A stretch of 63,248 nucleotides of DNA, the filler included, from Reticulomyxa filosa (taxonomy: Eukaryota > Protista > Foraminifera), in NCBI GenBank assembly GCA_000512085.1. It is 21 parts of 21 records of this genome, joined end to end, with 100 filler letters (N's around TTAATTAATTAA, not from the genome) between each part and the next. Parts side by side here need not be neighbours in the genome. Positions count along the whole stretch, not along the records: positions 11,805 to 15,355 come from ASPP01014727.1; positions 15,456 to 17,770 come from ASPP01041322.1; positions 17,871 to 18,870 come from ASPP01040592.1; positions 18,971 to 19,972 come from ASPP01006347.1; positions 20,073 to 21,451 come from ASPP01029151.1; positions 21,552 to 26,663 come from ASPP01001101.1; 15 more parts are not named here. One strand, given 5' to 3'. Below the pieces are notes generated by a model. The model ran no database searches and was not told the DNA's origin. It saw nothing but the letters and a program-made list of their open reading frames with translations. Of the stretch, positions 11,837 to 23,121 are shown piece by piece. Position numbers and translations under genes: made by a program. Position 1 is the stretch's first letter, and each line of letters opens with the position of its first letter.

Positions 11837-12523
11837 TTGCACTGTTTTTTACCCAAACAAAAATTCTTGATTTCAAAATACAAATTAACAGTGAACCAGG
11901 ACAGTACACAGGGCCCACAGAACTCGCTTTTGGACAATCCTGTTTTGACTGATGCTACTCTGTCCGGCAATGAATTGACTGCTGGAATGACTTCGCCCGT
12001 TGATATGGAAATTGAAAGGTGGAAAACTGAAGCTGCGAAATGGAAAGGCTTACTGGACAATAGTCAGGCTCAACACAACCAAGAAATTGAAAAACTAAGA
12101 AAAGAGTGTCTCGAAATGACCAAGGAACAACTAACGGTCGAACTTCAAAACAAATTAACTCCCATGCAAAAAGAACTTTTGCAGTTGGAAAGTCGTTTGA
12201 ATGCTGCTCTCTCGCAAATTCAAACCTTGAAAGAAGACAAAATTAAAACTATACAACATCTCAATGTTGCTCTGGAAACATCAAGGTATTTCATACAACT
12301 TATTTTTTATAATTTTTATTCCACCTATATAATTTGCTTTTCTTGTCTCGCTTTCCATCTTCAATATTCCAAATTCACAACGATCGAATGTATTTTTTTT
12401 TTTTAATCACAATTATAACAAAATGAACTACACATATGTTTGCTTTGTCCTAGAAACTATATCAAAGCGCTGAGCCAAAACATTAAAGACCCTGACAAAA
12501 AAACTTCAAAAACTGGCGAGTAA
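11837..12523 (+). CDS. Coiled-coil hypothetical protein, 3' part, 2 exons
   Basis: Heptad-rich E/K/Q/L ORF, GT donor near 12286, AG acceptor near 12453, TAA at 12521. Confidence 0.55.
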
Positions 12524-12874
12524 TTTGTCTCTTTTATGACCGAATAACAATGTTCGATTATTCAAATTCACGTTTGTAAACGCTTTTTTTTTTTTGGCTG
12601 ATTTTGTAAAAAATTTTTTTTTATCACTCCACGAACTCGGCAAAAATCAACTTTCCAGACAACATCTTCCTTGAAAAAATTAGTGCATTTAAAAAATATT
12701 AAATAAAATATAATATACTCTAAACAAGTGTATTCTGACTCTCAAGAAGAGAATTTGAGGAGCAGGAAAGTATGTTACAGGTTATCATGAGCAAAAACTG
12801 ACGACTTTTTTAGTTGAAAACTTTGAACTGAGAATAAGGGAAAAACTAAAACAGTTGATCTCATCATCTAAAAG

Positions 12875-14358
12875 ATGAGCCTTTCGTCTGATGTAAGCAA
12901 TCAATTACCGACTGAGGTGCAAATAGCACTACAAGGGCAAATTCGAAAATTGGAACAAGAAATAATGTCCAAGGCAGTTGCTTATGATATTTTACAAAGT
13001 CGTTCAGAAATGTTACAAAAAAGATTGGAGACAAAAGAGCTCCGTATAAAAAATTTGACAGCAGATTTAAAAAAATTGCAATCACAATTGGCAGAAAAAA
13101 ATGATAGTGAAGTTCGTTTAGCCCAAACAATACAAGATATGCAAGAAATGCAAGAAAATATAATAGTTTCTCCAATAAAATCAAACGTATCGAATAATAA
13201 TGATGATATCAATCAAATTGATATGACCGAACAACAAATAGAAATAAGAAAAAATGTCATTGAAATAAAAAAAACGATGGAAAAAATAGAAAATGGAATG
13301 GAAAAAACATTAATGGAATTAAAACAACAAATGATAGATACAGATGAAAATATTAAAAAAATGCAACAAATGAATGAACAATGGTTGCAACAATCTTTTG
13401 TTAGATTGAATGATATAACAAAAGAATCAAAACAAGAAATACAAAAAAATTTGAAAATATTTGAAAAAGATAGATTAAAAAAGGAAAATATAATTGAAAA
13501 TAAAACAAATACAAATGTCAATACAATGAAAACAGAATTATTGTTTGCTACAAAATGGAACGATATAATTTCATTAAAGAAACAATGTAACAATATTCAC
13601 GATAAATTTGCACAATTACCAAATATATTGGCACATGTAAAAGATGTGGAAGAACTGGGTATTTCTTTGAATGAATGGATCAAAAAAAATAATACACAGA
13701 CATTTCTTGTATTAAATGAATGGCTCAAATATCAAATATCACAAATTTCAATCAAGAAAATTTTTCCACACATTCGATTTATTCTTCTTACATTAGTTTG
13801 TCGCACATTTGTTCAAGATTTGACGTGGGAACCTCGTCTCATGGAAATTCAATTCAAAGCAGAACAATTTTTAAGAGATATTCGCATTAATGGAGAATTC
13901 ACTGATCAAATATCAAACACTATTATCTCTTGGTGTCAAGAATTAGCCAATGAAAACACATCTGCGTTTATTCATATATCTTGTCCAGCTTTGCTTCATC
14001 CGGTTTATTCCTTCTTTGAAGTCATCAGTTATTAATATATTTTAATATATAAATATATACATGTATATTAATATAATATAGATTTTCACTCTTTTTTTTT
14101 TGATCAATAGACAAATCCACTCAAGACATGAGAGGTCAATTCAATTCTCTCATCATGGCAAAATCGACTGCAACAACACGCCCCAAAAATATTAGTATGA
14201 AACCTCATTCACGTCCTTGGGTTATATTTGCCTTGTTTTTTTTGGGGAGCAATATTCTGCTTTGGAATTTGCTCCAAGATTGCAAGCTTTTCCACACAAA
14301 ACTCCATTTATTGGTAGTTTTATGTTATCCTTTTTTTTCATATTTACAAATCATTTAA
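12875..14358 (+). CDS. Coiled-coil hypothetical protein with probable C-terminal TM segment
   Basis: 386-aa ORF followed by a downstream exon with hydrophobic WVIFALFFLG stretch. Confidence 0.6.
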
Positions 14359-15258
14359 TTAAACGTAAAGTACGCTTAGAATATTAAATTGCTGTGAACA
14401 TAAAATGAGAGTACAGTCGTTCATCTTTTTTATTCCAATTTTTAGTCATTCGCTTTATTGTTAGATTATCAACTCAGTCTTTATTCGACATTGGATAGAT
14501 TGTAATTCAACAAACTTTCTTAATAATTTCACAAAATTATTTTTTCAAATATTTTCTTTTCAATAATAAGCAACATCGCAGGCACAATTGTAACATGTTT
14601 GGCCTCAAATGAAAGTAAACAAAGTAAAGTCACCTGGAGCTGTTACAATTTCCTTTTTCTATTTACTAGTAAAAGTATCGCTTTTTTTAGATTTCAGCTT
14701 TAGTAATGAAACTGTGCTTGTGCAAATATCTTAAAAAATTGAAATTTTACCATTCAATCATAATCATGTCAGGCTATTCACATTATATACATCTTTATTC
14801 TCAAAATGTCACATTTTAAAAGTGATTATTTTAATCAAATCATCAATTTTAATTTTATGTATTGACAAAAAATGTTGTAAGTCTGCACATATTACATTTT
14901 TTTAACAATATTTTGCGACTTGTGTATACAATACACACAACCGCTTGGCTCTAATTTTTATAAGTGCTTCCTTAATCTCATTGCAGTCTTCTATGATATT
15001 CAAACTCTCGACAGTTACAAAAAAACTTGAAATTGTACAAATTTAAAATAAGGTTTTGCGGAAATAAGAAAGGCTGATATGTCGCTATTACCACGTATTG
15101 ATGAGCTCATCAAAATGGTGAATGGGATGGTAGTAACTGATGCGATTCCTAGTGATGTTGTAGGTATTGGTTACGTTTGACCTGGTCACGTACCGAAATC
15201 CCCTAGTTGCTTTTGGCCATATTTCAAAATAGGAGGACAAGACAAAAAAGATCAACCA

Positions 15259-15355
15259 GAGCAAGAGAAGCAAGAGAAGCAAGAGAAGCACGAGAAGCAA
15301 GAAAAGCACGAGAAGCAAGAAAAACAAGGAAAGCAAGGGAAACAAGAGAAACAAG
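15259..15355 (+). repeat. 9-bp degenerate tandem repeat (GCAAGAGAA)n at contig end
   Basis: About 10 visible units. Confidence 0.85.
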
Positions 15356-15456
15356 NNNNNNNNNNNNNNNNNNNNNNNNNNNNNNNNNNNNNNNNNNNNT
15401 TAATTAATTAANNNNNNNNNNNNNNNNNNNNNNNNNNNNNNNNNNNNNNNNNNNNT

Positions 15457-16188
15457 TTGGAAAGAGGAACTCTTGGACAACTCAAATATACTTTTTCGTC
15501 ATGCCAAAAAAACTCTACACCGAGTTTGATTTGGAACAATACACCGTCGGTGGCAATGACATTGTTTTCAATTGGCCCCGAGTTTATGACTTGGCTCTAC
15601 GAACATCCCAAAGAGCACTTTCCAGACCAATGGTTTGAACACTACGATCGCGACAAGGTTTGTGCATGCATATATACATTTGTATGTGTGTTACGTCCGT
15701 TTGTGTTGGAAATGTGGGACCGACTTGATTGCATTTGTCACGTAATATGTACACAGCTGAAACTGGAACATTGCGATGAGTTGGTTCGCGAAAAGTTGAA
15801 ACGCCTTGTAGGGATGTCTTTGGACAGTGTTGCCCAACAATTGGACTCAAAGACGATCGAGTTAGACCACCGGGACAATTTGCATTTTAGGGTGGAGATA
15901 TACTTTGACAAATATGGACAGTCCTGGGTTCTCGAGTACAATCAACAACCCTTATTGCCACTGAATCGAAGATGGAGTATCAACAACAAAAATAAGTTAT
16001 ACTTTAATCAAGAAATTGCTTTTGGCTACAATATAAATTTTTGTTTTGTTTTTGATCACATTTCAAAAAGTCATCTCCTCATCCCCAAAATTGTGTTAAG
16101 AATTCACATTGGTTCAAATTTTTTTTCAAAACATACGTCTTTACAAAAAGTATATCGATTACAACATATGAGATTATGCTTTTCATGA
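15457..16188 (+). CDS. Hypothetical protein fragment
   Basis: 243-codon open frame in AT-rich DNA; no domain recognised. Confidence 0.45.
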   Translation: MERGTLGQLKYTFSSCQKNSTPSLIWNNTPSVAMTLFSIGPEFMTWLYEHPKEHFPDQWFEHYDRDKVCACIYTFVCVLRPFVLEMWDRLDCICHVICTQLKLEHCDELVREKLKRLVGMSLDSVAQQLDSKTIELDHRDNLHFRVEIYFDKYGQSWVLEYNQQPLLPLNRRWSINNKNKLYFNQEIAFGYNINFCFVFDHISKSHLLIPKIVLRIHIGSNFFSKHTSLQKVYRLQHMRLCFS

Positions 16189-16553
16189 TTTTTAGTTCAA
16201 ACTCAAAGCTTCTCGCAAAGGTTAAAAAAGAAAACATTTGTTACATTTTTAATAAATAGGCTAGCAAATATTTCTATTTTTGTGAGCATTATTTATGAAA
16301 AAGAAATTATGATAAACGGAATATTAAGCAAAAGCAATTTTTCCTTTCTTTTGTGCGTTCAACAATATTGTTAAAGTTGTGGAAAAAGAACAAAACAGAT
16401 TTGGATCGGACACTCACTATGACATTGATTCCATTGACACATCGCAGCTAGCCTCCCAATGTGACGATGACATCATTAAAACATACAACTCCATATCGCA
16501 GCAAATCGTAGATCGACGTACTCAATATACGCTGGGTAAACTCTTTCGTGTTT

Positions 16554-17093
16554 TCATGGTATGTAATGCTCAAAATGCAACCTTGTGATATTAATAAGAA
16601 TTGATTGACCAAAACGTTGTTTTGTTTTGTCTTTGGCATTAAAATGTAAATCAATCACACAAATCTCATTTACAGTTGTTATAAAGAACAAATTATTTTT
16701 TGTTCCACTGACCAATGCATGTACGTTTTCAAAATTCTTATATTTTAATCCAAGGAGTCGGCTGTTCGGAAAGAGTGTCCATTTGTTCACGTGTGTTGGA
16801 TCGCTTTTGTAATGCATTATCAATATATGGTTAGGCAAACTGCCAATGGACAACAATTTCACCTGCTCGTCCTCTTTACCACAATTTACCACGCAGCGTT
16901 GTTGTGGTATGAATGGAAAGTCACAGATTTTTTGGTATTGGTCCTTAACCAAATTGTAGGAATAGCATTCCCTTTGACGAAGACCACTGCAGACGAGAAT
17001 TTCGTCTTCGTACACTACACATTGCGGAAATACAAACGAAGCAGGCAGAAAAGGCAATGCAGTGGCCAGAATAACGCTAATCGAGGAACTCAT
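16554..17093 (-). CDS. Short or truncated Kelch-like beta-propeller family member
   Basis: LP...PQCVVYEDEILVCSG..RECYSYNLVKDQY and VSGTKNNLFFIT match the family at 35193-36238. Confidence 0.7.
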   Translation of the reverse strand: MSSSISVILATALPFLPASFVFPQCVVYEDEILVCSGLRQRECYSYNLVKDQYQKICDFPFIPQQRCVVNCGKEDEQVKLLSIGSLPNHILIMHYKSDPTHVNKWTLFPNSRLLGLKYKNFENVHALVSGTKNNLFFITTVNEICVIDLHFNAKDKTKQRFGQSILINITRLHFEHYIP

Positions 17094-18199
17094 AAATTAT
17101 TTGCTTAGATCAGCGCTTATAAATAGTTCATTATTTATGCCTTCTAAAAGGTTGATGTGAACCTTTAACTGCAGCGTATTACCTTTTCAAATAATCAAAA
17201 GGTGCCGCTGAACATTAAATAAAATGGCCAATATGATAATTAAATTTACAATAATTGTAGGGTTTTAATAAGTCTTAATCATTTACTTTTACTTCAGGCA
17301 GATGACACTATGTTTATTATTTTTTTATACTGGCTAGCTTCTTTCTTTTTCGGCAACTGTTGCACGTTGCAGAGGAGAGCATTGACGAAGAGACTCTCAA
17401 GAGCGAGTTCCACGTTCTAAAAGTCTGCTTTGTTATGTTATTTGAAGATAGAAGAGCAAAAACCACGTTTGTAACGTCCAAGAGAACTTTTTCTAAAAGG
17501 AAAACTTTTTATCTTCAACAGAAAAACCATTACTAAAAAAAATTAATGAATTATTCCAAAAAAAAAATTTTAATTTTCAACTATATGTAATTAATCCGTT
17601 TTTTGGAACCACAGTTGTAGAAATACAATAGAAAAATTTTATCAATTATTTTTTAAAAATTTTTGTCAAAAATGTCAAAAATTTGTGAATTTACATCTTT
17701 TTTTGTAAATATTTATAAGTTATAATTTTACGTTTTAATGAAAAAAAAGGTCTTTTTTTTTTTTTTTTGTNNNNNNNNNNNNNNNNNNNNNNNNNNNNNN
17801 NNNNNNNNNNNNNNTTAATTAATTAANNNNNNNNNNNNNNNNNNNNNNNNNNNNNNNNNNNNNNNNNNNNCAGTATCTAAAAGAATTATTTTTAACGGTT
17901 TCCACTTGAACAAAGTTCGTGGCAAAAGACAAAAGAAAACAAACTACAAAAATTTTTTTTCATACTAATTGAAAATATAACATGTCGTGAAATGTCAAAT
18001 ACTAAACTAGCCAAAGAAGCAAAAACCAGAATATTGATCAGGAACAAGAATAAGCAACAAAAAAGCCACTTGCTACTAAATAAGCCACAATAGTAATCAA
18101 ATACATTTACACCTTTTTTGATGACAAGTGTTTAATTTTTTTGTGTTGATTTTCTTTAATTTGTTAAAAGAGGCTTGAATATCAATGTGAGATAAAATC

Positions 18200-18300
18200 A
18201 TTGGTATCCATATTTGGATGGAGTTTTTGGATGTGTTATATGGAAGAAGGCAGCACATTACAAGTCCAGAGAGAGATCATAGCCAGTGAAAGAATTTTGT
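18200..18300 (+). mobile_element. LINE (non-LTR) RT relic
   Basis: Broken frames give LVSIFGWSFWMCY / WKKA / PERDHSQ*KNF, the N-terminal RT motif WKxAxIxPIPKPxRD...NFRPI. Confidence 0.55.
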
Positions 18301-19038
18301 AAGATCTAGAAAAGTTAAGAAAATGCGAGCAAGTGTCAAGCAAGAGCTAAAAGAAGCCTTTTTTTACTACTTGAAAAATTTTTTAGTAGTTGAGTTTCGG
18401 GCAGCTTGCAGGGGAATGTCGAATCTTGCTTAGTCTTAAAGTGTTAAAAGCCTTTCAGAAATTAGGTAAATCCTGGTTTTTGTGTCACTTAAATTGAAGA
18501 ACAATACATGAAAATATTAGATGAAATTTTATAAAAAAATCACCATTCGTCATCATCGGCAAATTAAAGCCAAAAGGGGAAAGGGATGAGCCAATATATT
18601 CAAATACATCTATCCGAAACGAAGTGGCAAAAAAGATCAAGCTGATTTCTTTTTCGTTTTTGGAATTTCAATATTATAACATTCTGTCTAATCAAAAAGT
18701 TATATAGCGGTATTTGTTCAATTTACGGTGAGCAGCAATAATTCAACGACTGCGGCTGAACAAAAGAAGACGAAGCAATAATCGAAAATATTTAGCCACT
18801 TCATCATCATTTTCATCACTATTTTCAGCTAAGCCGAAAAATTTACTCTTTTGAATGAAGTTGTAACAGCNNNNNNNNNNNNNNNNNNNNNNNNNNNNNN
18901 NNNNNNNNNNNNNNTTAATTAATTAANNNNNNNNNNNNNNNNNNNNNNNNNNNNNNNNNNNNNNNNNNNNCAGTTTTTCCAACAATCTATATATATATAC
19001 GTACGTATACATATATATCAAAAAAAAAAAAAAAATAA

Positions 19039-19972
19039 TTAAATAATAATAATGCAATGACTTTGACATACCATAACAACAAGATGTTCACGCTTTCTGA
19101 CTCCCGTGATGTCTTGCAATAGTAGTGGTTGACAAGAAGTGACAGGGGTCGATTGCAGTAAGCTTGCTTTTTTCCATTGAGTCCATTCGTGCCACAATCG
19201 AAACAAGTGACAGCAAATGAAAGGGTCAATGTCAGGATTCCAAGGGTATCTGTAAAAAGTGGAGACTTTGTGGACAGAAAGTTGTTGGTCGGAGGTTTGC
19301 AAAAAGCGCAGCAGTTGTTCGTTGGCAGTAATATTTGCGGAACGATGTTGTGACTGGTTATTATTCCATTTGGAAGGATCGCCACAACGAATGATAAAAT
19401 AACTGGGATCGGCAGAGTTTTTATTAAACCGCATTATGCATTGGGGAATGCCATCGTGTTTCTGCTTGTGACTGCCATGGATTTGGATAATGTCCCCTTC
19501 ATGGACTTGAGGGATGTCGCTGGACTCATGACCAAATATTAACACCTGCAAAGCATCCTCTTCATTAGCAATGCTACCATCACGAACACGAATACAACGC
19601 ATCCATATGTGGGTGCCCTTGGTCAAGTTCAGATCACCTACATACGACACAAATCCGTATATACTTCCATTTCCTTCTTCAAACTCTTTAATTGGCGAAC
19701 ACATCTTGCTCAAGCTCAACACTTGTCTTAAATTAGGCTCTTCTCGCCACCGCTCGTGATCACTCTTTCTTTCGCTCTTTTCATTCTCGACACTTTGTAT
19801 TTTGTACCCCGTTGTTTGACATATTCGACTCAATGGGGACAACACGTGCACGTAGCCGTCTTTTATGCTCTTGTGGCTCAATTGCAATTTGTATCCCCCT
19901 TTCTCCATTGGCACGTTTTCCATTCCAACTATCGCTATTTCTAAACACTTTTCTTCCACCTTCTTTTTCCAC
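19039..19972 (-). CDS. POT1: POT1/TEBP-alpha-like telomere ssDNA-binding OB-fold protein, fragment
   Basis: SIYGFVSY..TKGT..IRVRDGS..LQVLIF..IPQVHEGDIIQIH..QKHDGIPQ fits the POT1 OB1 pattern; LLQDI..HLVVMV resembles the start of OB2. Confidence 0.75.
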
Positions 19973-21551
19973 NNNNNNNNNNNNNNNNNNNNNNNNNNNN
20001 NNNNNNNNNNNNNNNNTTAATTAATTAANNNNNNNNNNNNNNNNNNNNNNNNNNNNNNNNNNNNNNNNNNNNGTGAACAAGAGATGTTTGGGTCGAGCTT
20101 CAAACAAATCCCGGAGGAAGTAGACACCCTTTTGGTAGAGATGAAGAGGACCACCGACATGCCTAGACAGTTATGACGATAAGAAAGGAGAGCGGTGAAT
20201 TACTACAATATCAATATAAAATGGCCGCCGAGGTGGCGGTGCAATGGACATGATATTTATCCCTTGAACGGGAAATCGCAAGTGTCATTCCACGAAGTGG
20301 AAAAGAAGTTGAAAGAACAAAGTGAGGGGGGGAGGAGGGGGGTAACTTATTAAACAAGTTGGAAGACCGAAGGAAAAATTAGAGCAGCAGTTGGATGACG
20401 CCACAGCGATCACGCAGTCGGCGCAAATATGAAATAGTGAAGCTCGCCACATCGCAAACGCGCACTTGGAGCAAGAGAAGCAAGAACCTCGTCAAAGCAT
20501 CTCTCTCTCTCTCGATGCCAAGCATTAAACGAAATAGCTCATCATCATCGTCACATCAAAGATATAATGATGGCGACGACGGGCAATGCGAATGAAGATA
20601 CTGCTAATTGCTGGTCATATTTACAATGCACGTACAAATGAACCGTTGCGAGCTTTTGATGAGTTTGACTCGTGTCATCGATGGCAATAACAAAGGTCAA
20701 TAACAATTCGTTCCGAGAGAGAGAGATGGAGAGATAGAGATAGAGAGTAGAATGACTATAATGATAATCAAATTGATGCAAATGGAAATTGTGCAAAGGT
20801 GCAAGACAAAGGTCCAATAATTCCGGATGTGATTGATATGAATATCTGCAACTTGACTGCCACACCCGCGGTCAAAAATCAAATACCTAAAAGTGCATGT
20901 GAAATCGGACGAACTGACTGCTTAGATTCATGCGCATGCAGAAGAAGCAAAGGCCAAAAAGGTTGCCACCACGCCACACGGCACCCAGCACTTATGAGTC
21001 GCGTTTTTCCGACAGAGTCAAACAGAAGATGCTAGGCTTTGTTCAAATGCCTGATCCCACCTCAAAATCTTCTCTCTCCTTCGTCACAGAGTTTTGTAAA
21101 TAATAATAAAACATATTTATACTTTACATTTTCATTTGGCTCGTATTTTTTTCTCTGCAGGGAATATTCGAAGGAAAGTTCCTGACAATAAAGCATGTCA
21201 ACAAAAACTAAAACGAAACGCAAACGCCTTTGCATGATCAATCTTTCAGCGCTGTCTCGCGTGCTCCGCCTGTTGAAGAACTCTAACAAAATACCATCCT
21301 TTTTTTTTCCCACTACGTTTTCCGGTTTTTTGTGTCACCTTTACTCATAACTGAGTACAGTCTTGTGAAAAAAAAGCTGTGTTTTTGTATGATTTTTTTA
21401 TTAAAGCTTTGACTAGCATCTTGTAAAGAAAAATCGCATATAAAAAAAAGTNNNNNNNNNNNNNNNNNNNNNNNNNNNNNNNNNNNNNNNNNNNNTTAAT
21501 TAATTAANNNNNNNNNNNNNNNNNNNNNNNNNNNNNNNNNNNNNNNNNNNN

Positions 21552-21753
21552 ACTAAATGTAATACGAAAAGGTTCTCACTCGTAACGAGTGGTTTTCAGT
21601 AAAATAAAGTAAATTGAAAGAATATAAAGAATAGCAAAAGGAAAAGTGAAAGAAAAGAAAACAAGTAAGAAGTTGTTGAGGAAAGTTCTAACCCAAAGGG
21701 AGCTCCTCGGTTCCATAGGCATTCAGCCATGTATGATAAGGGCTTGCCCTACA
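21552..21753 (+). mobile_element. LTR-like dispersed repeat, 3' part ending CCCTACA
   Basis: Aligns by eye with 51398-51556 (ACTAAATGTAATACGAAAAGG...GTTGAGGA...CCCA..GGG..CTCC). Confidence 0.6.
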
Positions 21754-22354
21754 AATGTAGTATCAACGTAGTGCATAATTTAAAATATTCTAAAGCGTAT
21801 AGCATAGTGTAGTACAAACCACTATAATATGAAGTTAATTGACGCTAAGATTTTTTATTTAATTACAGTTTTGTTTCTAGCTTTTTTTTCAACAAATAAA
21901 GTATTTACACATTTTCTAAAAAAAGAATTTCAGGAAGACACTAATATAAAAATAAATAATTGCTATTGAAAATATTTTTTACTTAAAGAATACTTATATT
22001 GCACATCTTACTAAAAGTATTTTTTGAGATTATCAGATGAAAATTTTAATTCATTTGTGTGTTTAATAACAGCGTAATGTCGTATTTTTGTGTTTGAAAG
22101 ATTTGTTTACAGCACGAATATTGAAGAATATTGTTATCAAAATAATGATTGCATCAGAAAAATAAAAAAATGTTCAAAAATGTTAACAAGTTTTTATGTT
22201 AACAGTTGAACGTTGTTTGTTAGTAGGTTAGAGTAAACAAAATAACAAAAGGGAAAATTAATATCACGACATATGAAAAAGTTAAAACAGAAGGAAGTGT
22301 CGTAAGCAGTTAATATACTCCATTGACGTAGCGAAAAAAATTTGGAAATTTCCA

Positions 22355-22829
22355 CTAACGTTGCCGATAGAGGTGTTTATTTTTTTTGTGATTGTATTTC
22401 TGTTTTTAATTCTTGTAAATGCTTCCTGACATAGTCACGAAACACGTGATCGTCATTCGCACTCGAGTTAGCTTGTATTGCAGCTTTTGTCTGTTTATTT
22501 TTATTTGTTTGTGTTATTATTGGCAGTGATACCATTTTTTTTTGCTTTTGTCAGTTTCAGACCTGTTGCAAACCATTTTTGGTTACTTGCAAGGAAACCA
22601 TCAAGTCTTGAATGAGTTGCTTTTGCTGTGAAATTGTTGTTTGATCTTTCTGTGCCTCTTCTTTGATCTGTATCATTTTTTCACGCAGTGCTTCTTTGAT
22701 GTCATCTGATGTTGGTTTGCCTGTGTTGTGAGATGTTTGATTTATGGTACGACGAAGTGCTGCCAGCGCTTTTTCCGTTTCTTTGGCACAACGTTCGAAT
22801 TCTAGTAATGTCAGTTCCTGAGACGCCAT
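22355..22829 (-). CDS. Small coiled-coil hypothetical protein, 2 exons
   Basis: MASQELTLLEF... exon plus a second exon ending QKNKHLYRQR*; divergent from NDUFV1. Confidence 0.55.
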
Positions 22830-23121
22830 ATTCACTTCAAAAATGTTATTAAAAAAATGACAAAGGATAGCCCGGAGAACACGAAATTATATTACCCTCA
22901 AACTCAATACGTGGATATCCCAGTTTTCAGTGGTCAGGGGGAAAAGTAAAGATTTTATTCACGTGGTTTTTTTGAATAAAAGTACTATGAATTACAACAA
23001 AAGGAGATCTGTCACACATACATATCATTAAACGCTAATTTGCAAGTGCAGATTACCACGAAGGAGGCTACCACTCCTCTGGTTAGAACTTTCTTCGATT
23101 ATTAAAAAAAAAAATCCTGCA

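Noticed and set aside
15079-15180. LPRIDELI resembling the Ty3/gypsy RT motif
   Set aside because: No following RT motifs and the frame closes within about 25 codons.
15259-15355. CRISPR-like array
   Set aside because: Simple 9-bp tandem repeat with no spacers and no cas genes.
20073-21451. Coding-like GC-richer contig
   Set aside because: All frames are broken and no motif was recognised; cannot be assigned.
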